Below are positions 12,101 to 23,099 of a stretch of 64,000 bases of DNA, piece after piece (positions within the stretch are counted from its first letter, which is position 1; every line of letters starts with the position of its first letter). The notes beneath the pieces were generated by a model that made no database searches, was not told the origin of the DNA, and saw nothing but the letters and a program-made list of their open reading frames with translations. A program made the translations under genes and the position numbers. Source of the stretch: Phoronis australis (lineage: Eukaryota; Animalia; Phoronida); the NCBI GenBank assembly GCA_002633005.1, contig NMRA01000192.1, positions 76,231 through 140,230 on the forward strand. Reading direction: 5' to 3'.

Positions 12101-15100
12101 GGTTACAAGATCTTTGTTTGCTCTTCTGGTTTGAATGTGTTTGCTTAACGTTGAGTCCACCTGCTGTTTTCTATGCCCAAAAAAGTATCATTTGCAATAG
12201 ATGCTTACCTGTATGGAAAGTGGTCTCGTCCTGTACAATAGGTCAGAACTTCAGTGGCCTTTTACTCAAAGACAAATGAATAGAATATTGCTGTTTGTCT
12301 TTTGACTTTAGCCAAAGTCAGCAATCTAACTATGAATTCCTGAAACGCTTTGTCTGTTGTCTATTTGAGCAGACTATGGATTTCTGTCTTTTGACTTCAA
12401 GTTGTAGGAGAGAGTGGGGCACTATGAGCCAATTTCCAAAGGAACATAGTGCCCCATGGCTCAAGGTGCCCCACTTTCTCCTAGACAGATTGTCTGACTT
12501 TCAGCCTAAGTGTGTTTTTGTGAAACACGCTAAGGCTGATTTTTAGTCGAAACACAAAAAGTCAATAGTCTCCTTGAATTTATGAACAATCTCCTGAAGT
12601 GACAAACTCTTTTTACTGACGAACTAAAAATTGGAGTTCGTGGACTAGATAGTCATTTTTGTGCGGAAGGCAAAATGGCTGTTAAGTGAATGTGCAATAG
12701 ACAAGTTCTGTGCCTGAACTGAAGATGGAGTTACTAGTTTGTGTTGCTGTAAGCTTTCAGTGGCTCAGCAAATGTCACTCGCATTTCGTTGTTACCACAA
12801 CACAGTAGTATTAGTTCAATGCCTACTGACTGTACTCTATGTTGGCTTTAGATTGAACGACTGCGCAAGGAGGGTTCCCGGCTCCTTGAAGAAGAGCAAG
12901 AACACCTGAGAGAAGAGTTAAAGAAAGGAACAGCTACAGTTACTGAAGGTGTTTTGTTTTTTCGGAGATATTTTCATTGCACAAAGTCTGAGATCTTGCT
13001 CAAAAGTGGCGAGCACCACAATGTCACTATTCACTAGCGTTGCCTGGTATTATGCACATTTTACTTTCGGCACTTGCATCATGTGCTCACTTACGGGAAA
13101 CCGAGTTGTGCTTGGAAGAGAGTGGTGACTCTCTCGTAATTGCATAAGAAACTATGGGAGTGTTGTAAATTTGGTGTCTATGATCTGTGGTTTTATATTT
13201 CCATCTCATTACAGTGAATACAAGATTTATGTTTTACCGCAAGTAATGAAATGTTATTTTACACTTCTGTGATTTAATTTCTTTTTTGGACGTTCATTAG
13301 GGTCAACTATAAGTGTATTGTTGCGTGGTTGTTTGATGTTTGAATGTCCGCTACGTTGTACTCCAAAATGTACTCTGTGTTTCTGGCTGTAGATACATGT
13401 GTACTACACTCACTTTATTGTTTTGTAAATCCCTGGATGTTTAAACACAGGTACCTATCCCTTTATGTGTTCCCTTGAGGAAGGTATACGCTACTTCAAA
13501 ACTAGCGGGATGGTTGAAACGTAATTAATTGTTTTTGCTAACGTAACAACCAGACTAAAAACTTGCTGTTTTATTTCAGTATTTTCACTTTTAGAGTCTC
13601 ATTTGTCATTACGGATTTTGTCCTCTAAGTTTGCACTTTTTCAAGAAGTTCATGTTTGTTTTCAATGCTTTCGTTCAGATGACGAAGATGTCGGAGCCCC
13701 TCGGATCAAGATAAAGTGGAAAGCCAAAAAGAGCGATGCAACCAACGGTGGCTATTCTGAAGAATTACTCAACTCTCTTTTGTCCAAGGTACTGAGCATT
13801 TAATAAGCTGACTGATAATTTTGTCTTCAGCAAAACTAATCATTTACTTTTTTCTTGACAATATTTGGTAAAAGTTCTTCAATTTGGGACAAAAATAATT
13901 GCTAAAATTGTCATATTTTTTATTTTTCAGAGGTATGCCACATTGTTGCAAATGCTCAAAATTTAACCAAATTTTGGTTGGTAATAGCAATGCCACCTGT
14001 CCACCGTACTGTTACCCAAACTGAAGAATTTTTGCCGTAACTTTATTTTTGTTGTATAAATGCGAAGATAAGAACAGTAAAGTGTATTTAAAGTAGGAGT
14101 CATCTGAAATATGTTGTGAGAGCACAAAGCCTCTTTCACTTGACCCAAATTTTAATTCTGGTGTGTTAAACTGTCGGAATTGACGGGCAGAATACAACTT
14201 CTTTCATTCATGGAGCTTTCAAAAATTTGGAATTTTTTGCGCGGCTTCTGTGAATATCCTACCCCACAAATATGACAATTTCAAAACATGACGGCGACAA
14301 GAAGTTTAAAAAACACTTGGAAATACTACAGTATAAAATCCCCATTAAAAATGCAGAACACTGTTCTCCATTTAGGGCTGTTCCAGCAAAATCTGTATGG
14401 GAGGGGGGAAGGCACTTTTATTTCGTACCCACCGCCCATATTTTTCATTTATTTCTCCAATCCATGACCCATAATTTTTTAGTTATTTTTAATAGGTTAA
14501 AATATAAAATCCAACACTTGCAAACAAACTGCCTCCAGGAGGACCTGTTAAGAACTTAGATGATTGACAGACAAGAACTAGTTGTCTTGTCCAATATTGT
14601 CAAAAACTAAAGTAGCCTGTGAGCAATACTTTTGGCTGCCACCAGGTGTCTCTGTTCACCATGTGTCTATAATTTCAATGAACATTTTTTTCAATTATAA
14701 GGATCTATGAATCTCAAACTGTCTCCACGATATCTTTTATACTTCTATGTTAAGTGAATATTGGAACTTGTTTATCTTACTCCTCATAATTTTTATTTAA
14801 AAATCATCAATTTTCTTATATGTGTTAACACCAGTTTAGTGTTGCATAACTTTTCAATTCAATAGGACTGCAGACAAACCGTTGGCTCAAATCAAGTTGC
14901 CCATGACTTGATTAATGGCTTAGTGAACATATTGCACTCTGTTCACTAGCAATATGGGCTTTTTGTATTGGCTTGTTTTGAGTTTTGAGGGCTGAAGTAA
15001 CCAACCTGTCAACATTAACAGGACAAAAAATACCACCCATTATAAATGCATCACTTCTTACAGGAACGACCACCAATAATTTGTGTTTGTTTCTGAAGAC

Positions 15101-17379
15101 CACCACCCATGAATTTTTATTTCTACCGCCGTCCCCCCCCCTCCCACACGGATTTTACTGGAACAGCCAACCAATGGCTTGTCCCATATGCTTTTGCTGC
15201 GGTGTGTGCTTTGTACAGGTATCAGAGTTGAAATCCATTCATTGCGGCCTGTGTCTTGCACTGGCATGGGTAACGTTTGGGAGAGAGGTCTTTTATCAAT
15301 GGCTTGCATAACACTAGTGAGTAGCAAGCATCTGTACACAACAGAAATACAAATGTAAAATAGGGCAGTGTTTAACAGTAGTAATGAACGGAGCCTCGGG
15401 AGTCCTTTCATGTATTGACTCATGAACCCCATATCTCTATTGGTGTCTACCGGATGCGATCTGATGATGGTTTCAAACACGTGAAAAAGAAGTCCAATAT
15501 TACTCTATTTAAAACCTACCGTGAGGGCATCTATTTAGATATAGGGTCCATGAATCGGTATATGTATGGATTTCTACTGTCACTTTCATTACAATATCTA
15601 CTATCATTCACATTCCAATTACCTGTAGCTGCTGTGTATGTATTGCTTTGTTGCCTCACCTATGCTATTTGTCTTGGGCTTGTATACAAAATATATAGCT
15701 TGATTCTATATTGTTATCTTTAATACCAGAAATTGGTCTGTTCTACTTATTCTTTACTTGAGTAAAGGCTTTTTACTGTTCTAGTATGGCTGTATAAAAT
15801 GCCTCCTGTTGTCAAGTAAGAAAAACGGCAGTGCTATTGTGGAGTTCGAAGACGGTGAAAGTGCGGTAAGTTTTAGGCATGGTGGAAAATATTTTTTTAT
15901 ATTAACAGTTAGTAATTTTTTCACTTTCAAGTAAAGTGCATTTTCCACGTTTCTGTGTGTCCTGCAGTCTTATGTATGCACAAATACTTGCATGTTCTTT
16001 GATCAATGATGTACTATGTTGCACAAACCACGACAAATCCTTTTTTAATGTACAGTAAAACTCGCATTAGCTGGGTCCATCTGGACTGAGAGATTTCATC
16101 AGATTACAGTGAAATCAGACTAATCTGAAGGGTTGTGTGAACGAACTAAAAGAGCTATCTTGCCAGATGTTGTCCCCAAGTTGAGCGAAAACGTGACCTA
16201 TGCATATCCAATTTGTAAAAGTTTTGCTGTAAAGTAGTTTGGTAAAGATATTTGACAAAATCTTATTCCATTTGACCACACCTTGTTGTGTGGTAAACTG
16301 AAGACTGTGCCACTGTAGCAAGAACGTTGTATTAAACGATGTCTGTTGTCATTCATGAATGTGAAAGTAGTTAACACCAAAGTGCGTGATTGGTTCCGGT
16401 CTCTGTTTTTTTGAAAATTGAGTCAATGATACAGTATTTTTGCAGAGTTTTGTACTCATTGCTTGGGAAATGATGACATTTCAAACCTTGGTTGCCCTTG
16501 TTCTGGTTAAAAAAACAACAGGTCTTGGCTGAAACTGCAACAATCCAAGAAGACTTTATCATGACCTGAATATTGCCGCTGATACAATGTGATACCAAAT
16601 ATGCAGGAATTTTACAAGAAAACTACAAACTGTTTCCATTAGGGGCCACGCTGCTCTGTAGCTTCAGGAGAAATATTTCAATGAGTTTCCAGAAGTGTTA
16701 ATTTGTAATTTATCCATTAAGAAATGTAGAATGCTAACCTCAGGGAACAGAGGAAACCTCATGTTTACTTGTGAATTAAGATATTTAGCCATTTGTGGCA
16801 AGAGCTGAATTTAGTGTTTTCTGTTTCTGCTATTTTTAGATGATGGCATTCCAAAATGAAAAAGGCTTAATGAACAACCCTCTAACTATGAGCTGGATTT
16901 CTGGTCGTCCTGACAACACCCCTTCATCAACACCTAGTCAGGTAGGAGAAATAATTCTTAAAAGAATTTCAATGTTTTACGTGGTACATTGTTCATCCAA
17001 CTAATTACATGCCTTGGATAAAAATGTAAGGTGTGTCTTAAACATGCCAGGATGTGTTATGTCCTCACCATTGGATACGTTGAATTGAGACTGATAATCT
17101 TCGTGTGAACATTACATCTTGGACCTTTACTGATTCATAGACCTTGTGTATGAAAACTTCGTTTGTCCAAATCTGTATAATTTTCTTTTTCAAAGAATTG
17201 TTCTTCATAGTTGCTCATCAATGAATCCACTAGGCAATAATTTTGTTTTAACATAGGGTGTCCAAACAATGTCGTCCAATGAACGAGATTTCGAAAGTGT
17301 TGTGCTGATGAGAATGAGGCAAGCTGAGGAGAGAAAGCGGCTGATTGAAGAGATGCAGAAAGAAGATGAAGAGGGATGA
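6184..17379 (+). CDS. DNAJC17: DnaJ homolog subfamily C member 17 (J domain + coiled coil + RRM), 295 aa
   Basis: Exons 6184-6252, 10373-10501, 11577-11664, 11997-12085, 12852-12948, 13679-13788, 15785-15865, 16840-16941 and 17257-17379. All are GT-AG and phase-consistent (888 nt). Motifs: [65 protein letters not shown]. Confidence 0.96.
6630..6925. mobile_element. MITE with CAGTGGTGGATC / GATCCACCACTG terminal inverted repeats
   Basis: Perfect 12-bp TIRs. Termini resemble the elements at 51483 and 63843. Confidence 0.7.
7240..7810 (+). mobile_element. CR1/L2-type LINE ORF2 fragment (end of AP endonuclease)
   Basis: Motifs [29 protein letters not shown] and WITPGIL. Truncated. Confidence 0.8.
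7830..8750 (-). mobile_element. 3' end of a Ty3/Gypsy-like LTR retrotransposon (PPT plus 3' LTR start), degraded
   Basis: Minus strand has AAGGGGGAA (8058-8050) followed by TGTTGTG. A PKSYLA motif resembles the PRSY motif of integrase C-termini. GC-rich relative to the flanks. Boundaries are approximate. Confidence 0.5.
8991..9458. mobile_element. Foldback MITE with long imperfect inverted arms, flanked by TA
   Basis: GACAGTGACCACTGTCTCTAGCTGGCCCC at the left is mirrored at the right end. Inner arms at about 9060-9150 and 9327-9420 are also complementary. The core recurs at about 44478-44570. Confidence 0.85.
9835..9994. repeat. Minisatellite, 20-bp unit (AAGGCCACCCTGCTTAGCTG) x8
   Basis: Directly visible, near-perfect copies. 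Confidence 0.95.
12407..12481. mobile_element. 75-bp Tc1/mariner-pogo-like MITE with TA target duplication
   Basis: TA|GGAGAGAGTGGGGCAC...GTGCCCCACTTTCTCC|TA. Confidence 0.75.
14376..15168. mobile_element. Non-autonomous DNA transposon with ~30-bp imperfect TIRs
   Basis: GGCTGTTCCAGCAAAATCTGTATGGGAGGGGGG at the left and CCCCCCTCCCACACGGATTTTACTGGAACAGCC at the right. Lies in DNAJC17 intron 6. Confidence 0.8.
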
Positions 17380-18359
17380 TGTCACGCACAGTCAAGCAGG
17401 TGCCCGTTGTCAAGATGTAGGACATTCGCAAGACAAGCTAGTGTGATCGCATGCTCCTTTTCAAATACCTTGCGATATCTAGTGATGATTTGCATGAGCT
17501 TATGTTCTCATTAGTTTCTTGCATCAATGAAATGCAGCCAAGATTTATGATGCTGTTGTCCATACCATGGGTGGTACTAATTGGCTTAATACTTAGAACA
17601 ACCACAACTGTGTGCCACGGTCAAGAAGGTTAATGTTGGTTATTACTTGGGCATTGTTATCTATGTTTTTAGATCGCGTGGTTCTACAAGGTCGCCCCTC
17701 CACTACATAGCTTAAGTGGCTGCTTCAAGCCTCACAGGCACCAGGACACTCCTAATGAGGTGAATGCAATCTGTAGTGGAGGGGACTTCTGAGTTGAGTT
17801 GAACTTTGGTTTTACAAAAGTCTGTACTGGCCTTGTTCTGGTATATTGTGTCAAGATGTTCCAATCAAGCTGAACCCAAAGCAAGAGAGCTTGAGGTGTG
17901 CTGCTTTTTAGTCAGTGTCCTATTATGAAGAAAATTCTCCAGTTTGGGAAAATGAAAAATTAATTATTCCGCTCATCAGAGTTGGGACTTGTGCCAAATT
18001 TTAGAAACACGCAATATTGGCATCCCAAATTCAAGAATTATGATCTCTGACAATCAGTCATTCACCTTGATGTTATACACGTGACAACATTGTGTCAGTG
18101 TCTACTTTCCATGATTTTACGAACTGCTAGTGTCTATTTTCAGACTCTGTTGATTACAAATGATTCAGTGCATTATACTTGAGAAATATCACAAACGTCA
18201 AAATCACCGATATCCTAATTTCCCACACATCTCACCCCGGCCTATTTGGCTATGCAAGTCAAACAGTCTGTTTTTGCTCAAAAGATACTGGATTGAGACT
18301 TGATGAATGTAACAAAAAGTGAACAAAAGTGTAACGATGGCCGGTTTGACGTGATTGTG

Positions 18360-19450
18360 GTTTTGCTTACTAGAGGGCCTCCCAGTAGTTATATAAACCA
18401 TCAACTCCCTTGATGTAGGATATAATCTAGTAGCTGATTTTAAGTTAGCAGCCGTTTGTGGCTTTAACTTAGGGTTTGGTAAGTTATCCTCCGTCATAAC
18501 CTCTAGTCTAAAAACCTCAAATCTGGGTTTGAATCCAAATCAGTAAGCACTGCCCTAGAAAGAGTCTGCCAGAACTATTGACTTTCCCTCTTCACTTTAA
18601 AGTCCGATAGGGCTTTTTGCATGGTAAGCCGTCCCCACGGAGGGCCGCGGGTGCAGGTGTTATCACTATTGGTATTTTGGAGTTGCCACCCGAGTGGCTA
18701 TTCTCCGTTTTTGTTTTTTTTGAAGTGACTGGGGTCCACTCCAATGACGAGTCCCTGTCTTGATCAGGGTCTTTTTCAGCTCTTCTATGTTTCTGATGGT
18801 GGCTGCGAGGCAGTCATCCATTGCCCTGTTCGAGTGGGCTAGTCCCTGAGCCTGGGGACTGGGTTTCCTTTTCTTTGGGGCTGGCTGTGGGAGTGCAGCT
18901 GTGGTTTTCTTGCCCTGTTGCAGGGGCGCAGAGGGCTTGACCTTGTCTTTATTCTGCCCTGTCGGGACAGAGGGTTTCTGCGGAGCCGCAGAGACCTTTT
19001 TGATTGTCACAGCAATAGTTATCTTGCGTGTGCCTCGTTGATTGAGGCCAGAGGTCCAGGCGGACTTGGCCTCCGAGGTTTGAGCGAGGGTTATTCTTTC
19101 CTCCACGTTGAGGGTTTCTTGTTTCTGCTTCACAGCCAACAGTTAGTGGATGCAATAGTTGCCATAATGGTAGTAAGATGTGTCTCATAGAGTGCGTATG
19201 ACGAATCTGAATCTCAATCAAAATGAATGGACGAATGCTGAATCGAATGAATCAAGAATCTGGAATCAATCCGAATTGACGAATGACCAATCGACCACAT
19301 GGCAATCTGTCTCCCACACTATAGTTGTGCAGGACTTGGGAGAATCGTGTCTAAAGGAGTGGCATGGACATTGCATTCAAAGGGTTCAATATTCTCCATG
19401 AATTGATCAGAAAATGTTGAGCCCAACACCCACATACTACAGAACTTTCC
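18360..19450 (-). mobile_element. Degraded non-LTR retrotransposon remnant (gag-like ORF1 with eroded Cys/His knuckles and a basic low-complexity tail)
   Basis: ORF 18666-19139 is K/P/Q-rich. An upstream frame has an MQCPCHSFRH knuckle-like remnant. Clade assignment is tentative. Confidence 0.4.
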
Positions 19451-19559
19451 AACAATAGCTGCAGAGCCTTGATCTTACCTTTACCTTTAGTGCAAGAGAT
19501 ATTTCCGTTTTAATCGAAGCCAGGATGTTGTGAATCTCAGCTCCATACTTTTGCTTTAC

Positions 19560-19740
19560 TTGGAGTTCTTGACTATCGACTTCTGGGAGATGACACGGCA
19601 GTAGTTGGCCACTTTTCCAAGCATGAGTTTGAGTCGAGCATTCTTTTGTACTGCGGTCAATCGCTCGGCAGCATCGACGTCAGTGCCGTCATCGTCGAGA
19701 CCTCACAATGGGCTGGCATTGGTTTTCTTTAACCACTGAG
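19560..19740 (-). mobile_element. LTR-retrotransposon gag-like fragment
   Basis: Translates to GLDDDG...AVQKNARLKLMLGKVANYCRVISQKSIVKNS, resembling an invertebrate Gypsy-type gag N-terminus. Confidence 0.45.
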
Positions 19741-20254
19741 AAGCCAGAAAGGACTCAAAGGTTTTGTCTAGACTAATAGTTTATTTAAGATTCTGCCACC
19801 AGTTCTCATAGGTGCTTATGGTCTCCGTTTTGGTTAGAGACCACTGTTTAGGTGCGCGTACCTCCATGTTGATTGAAGGTACCGGATCTGAAAATGTTGA
19901 TTACGCACGTCTTGCAATCAAAAATAACAAATGTGGTTGTTACTTGAAGACTACAGTTGCATTAGAGTCTCTTCCAGTGGGAAAGAGCTGCTGCCACCAC
20001 GACAGTAAATTAAATATAACAAGGTTTGTGAGTATTTATTGACAAACAAGTCCAGTCGACAGAAACCGGAAGCCGAGACGGTTTCCGGGGAAAAAACCTT
20101 AACGAACACAATGGCACTGCATTTAGTTTTGGATCATAGTCCTTATTTTTATAGTCTGGTTACAGTTGAGGGGTTTGTGATGATCAAGTATAAGCGGCCT
20201 TTGGCTCATGGCCGAGGATTCAAGTTGACTTGCAGTGTTTGGCTTTGTGACACT

Positions 20255-20580
20255 TTATCGGATGACCATGTTGGCATAGGACTTTAGTGTGGCCGGTTTC
20301 AGAACAAAAGTAGGACAAACTTTCATCCTGTAGTTGGATTGCCTTTCATCATGGTGGTGAGATTTATCTCTCGGTTCGCTTAAGGTTACGTTCTTGTTGG
20401 GTTTTAGAGTGTTCCTCGCCAGCTTTGCCATACCACGACTGGTTGGATGAACACTGTCATAAAGTAGATATTCGTCAACTGTGTTGTCTAAGTGCTTGAA
20501 GATGATATCATTGTTCACGAAAACGGCATTGGTCTCTTGGAAGTTAGTGGATTTTGCTTCAAGGTGAAGATGCTTCAAGA
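20255..20580 (-). mobile_element. LINE (CR1-group) ORF1 SGNH-esterase-like fragment
   Basis: VFVNND...YDSVHPTSRGMAKLA matches the DxxH block V of SGNH hydrolases. Confidence 0.6.
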
Positions 20581-20699
20581 TGAAGAGATGAATAACTACA
20601 GTAGGGTATGAAAATTCATTACACTTAGTTTCACACAGTCCAATGTATCTCGTTTCACAAACCTAACGATGATTTGACGTAGTTTATGTTGCGGACCAG

Positions 20700-20900
20700 G
20701 TATACGATGACTGGATATATCCTTGACAGATTTCAACACCTATGTCCGTGGCCACATTGACTATGACGTTATTACTGCTCTCCCCTTCTCTTTCTGGAAT
20801 ACCAAACATCTCAATGTTTTTGCAAGAATATTGGTCCAGGCGGTCAATGTGAAACTTCTGGCATTGAATTTCACATTGCAGTTGCCTAGTACACTTTTCA
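20700..20900 (-). mobile_element. LINE ORF1 coiled-coil/RRM fragment; related piece at about 22600-22790
   Basis: LDQYSCKNIEMFGIPEREGE and LREENSSLKHRVDYLE..HSRQNNVII resemble the QYSRRNNxxIxGIPE motif. Confidence 0.65.
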
Positions 20901-21289
20901 CCTCCATTGCAGTTGCCTAGTACACTTTTCACCTCCATTAGCTCAAGAAACACCTTCAAACAGTTCTTGGGTTGAAGTGGCAACAGCAGCACTAATAGCA
21001 TTGACGAAAACAGGAACGATTTGCCCAATAATGTCGTTAACAAGATCAGCGTGACCATTTCTACGTTTCCCATGTCTTGTGCCATGTAAATGTTTAGGAA
21101 TAGTTTGGGAGTTCAGTCCCTTAACTGAATTGTCAATAACTGAGCTTACTGCATCCTTGACTGCCGATAGTATTTTGTCCTTTTATACCGAAAAAAATCA
21201 ACTTACTCAGAGACCTGAGATTTAAGAGTTTGAACGATTCGAACTGTATTCTACAGTTTTTTGTCAACGAATGGAAGGGTGCGTCCTGT

Positions 21290-21705
21290 TTTCCAGTCAT
21301 TCTGTGCTCCGGAAGTAGTATGGCGTCATAGATGGGCGGAAGTTGCAAACATTCATCAAGGTTCATGGAGGGCTTGTTGGTTTTGATGTATATGATTGGA
21401 CTTTTATCTTTCTAGAGAACCAGTTTTCCTCTTTAGCCAGTATCTTGGCATGTTTGCCACATACAGTATGGCCGCAGATTCTGAGATGTTCTCCCACGCC
21501 AGTGGGCTTGTCCAGTTTGTTGTGATCTTTGATTCTGGTGCCCAGCGATCACTTGGTCTCGCCGATGTAGGTATGAGACGGGTCTTCAGTGCATGACAGT
21601 TGATAAATGACACACCATTGGCGATCAAGTGGGGTGGGATCTTTGGAGTGGACTAGCTGGTTTCTCAGGGTGTTGATGGGTTTCATATAGGTGTTGATGT
21701 ATATG
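21290..21705 (-). mobile_element. Penelope-like element, GIY-YIG endonuclease remnant
   Basis: KPINTLRNQLVHSKDP...VIYQLSC...YIGETKRSLGTRIKDH, with frameshifts. Confidence 0.85.
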
Positions 21706-21905
21706 AAAACCATTAATAAATTTGAACTAATAATATTCCTTAACTGAAATAAACAAAAATTGAAAGATCAGTATAAAATTGTATAAAAACAATATTCTAA
21801 ACGATTTTACCACTAATTTATTTTAAAAGTTTTAAACTGATTACTCAATTAACATGTTTTCCACCATTATGTGACCATACCAGCAAACAAATGTGGATTA
21901 CTTGG

Positions 21906-22389
21906 TCAAGTCTGGAGGCTCGGGACGGATGCTGCACACTCCTTCCCAAAGAAATCAGTTCTTGTGTTGAGAATGTTCAGTGGCGCTCTTTCATTTTCTT
22001 TTAAAATGTCCTCAAGTTCCCTTATTTGACGTTTTCGTTCTACATGGCTGATGTTTCCTTCATTGGCGTAGTACCTGGTCATCCAGGGGTCTGTTACAAC
22101 TTTGCCTATAAGGCCTGTAACTTGAAACTCAGTTTTTGCAGTCTCTGTCAGGAAATCCTTTAATAAGGCTGCTTGCAGCACTTTTGCAGTTGAGGTGACA
22201 CGATTGTAGAAGGTCAGTTTGCCCTTCATAATGAAGAAAAAATGTTTCACAGATATGAAACAAAGTATGAATTCTGTTTCCTCTGTACCCAGTAAGGAGT
22301 CCTTTAGGCAAGTCTGATGATGTCAAGAAACTGACAAATGCCTTAGGGTTACCCTTTTCATTCAGTAGATCAACAAATGTACAAAACAT
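21906..22389 (-). mobile_element. Frameshifted transposase-like remnant, unclassified
   Basis: Two overlapping ORFs (KGNPKAF...YRGNRIHTLFHIC / GLIGKVVTDPWM), intronless, inside the TE cluster. Confidence 0.45.
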
Positions 22390-22794
22390 TCATCATGTAG
22401 CTAATTCGACGTTTTCATCCTCGTCACCGATGAAGTAAGCTTCTTCTTCAGAAAATCAACGCACTGTGTACTAAGGTTCATGCTTTTATTCAAACATAGT
22501 GGACAACTCTAGAACACAAGATTTGATTGCGTCAAAGGCGAATGTGTATAGAACTGTACTACAAATTGAATTATCGAGATACTACAAGCGTTATCCATAG
22601 GTGTATATTTCTTTCATATGCACATCCGTATCAGCTATTGCACGAATGATCACATTGTTTTGGCGTGAATGACCTGGGTTGTCTACTTTTGGTTCCAGAT
22701 AGTCGACCCTGTGTTTTAAACTGGAATTTTCTTCTCTTAAGACTTTCACCTCTTTTTTCATCACTTGGAATTTGTTATCGATTTTGTAACTCAT

Positions 22795-23073
22795 TATGCG
22801 CCCACATATTTATATGTGGACGCATTATGCCGTCATCTCTGTCCGTCCGTCCGTCCGGGCGGCGTCCGTCCGGCGTCCGCTGCTCTATCTCCAAAACCCT
22901 TTGACATACGTTCATGAAATTTGGCACATATGTTCCATTCATGAATGGGACGGCATGTGCTAACTTTCGGACGGATCCGACTACCGGTGTGCCCCCTAGT
23001 GGCAATTTTAGTGTTTTACGCTTACCTTTGTATCTTCAAAAGTCCTGAACGGATTTTCATGAAATTTGGTATG
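22795..23073. mobile_element. Helentron-associated (HINE/DINE-like) non-autonomous repeat, cut by N23074
   Basis: Terminal hairpin TGCGCCCACATA..TATGTGGACGCA, a (CCGT)n microsatellite and repeated TTCATGAAATTTGG. Confidence 0.55.
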
Positions 23074-23099
23074 NTACGCTCTTGCAACTACACTTAATG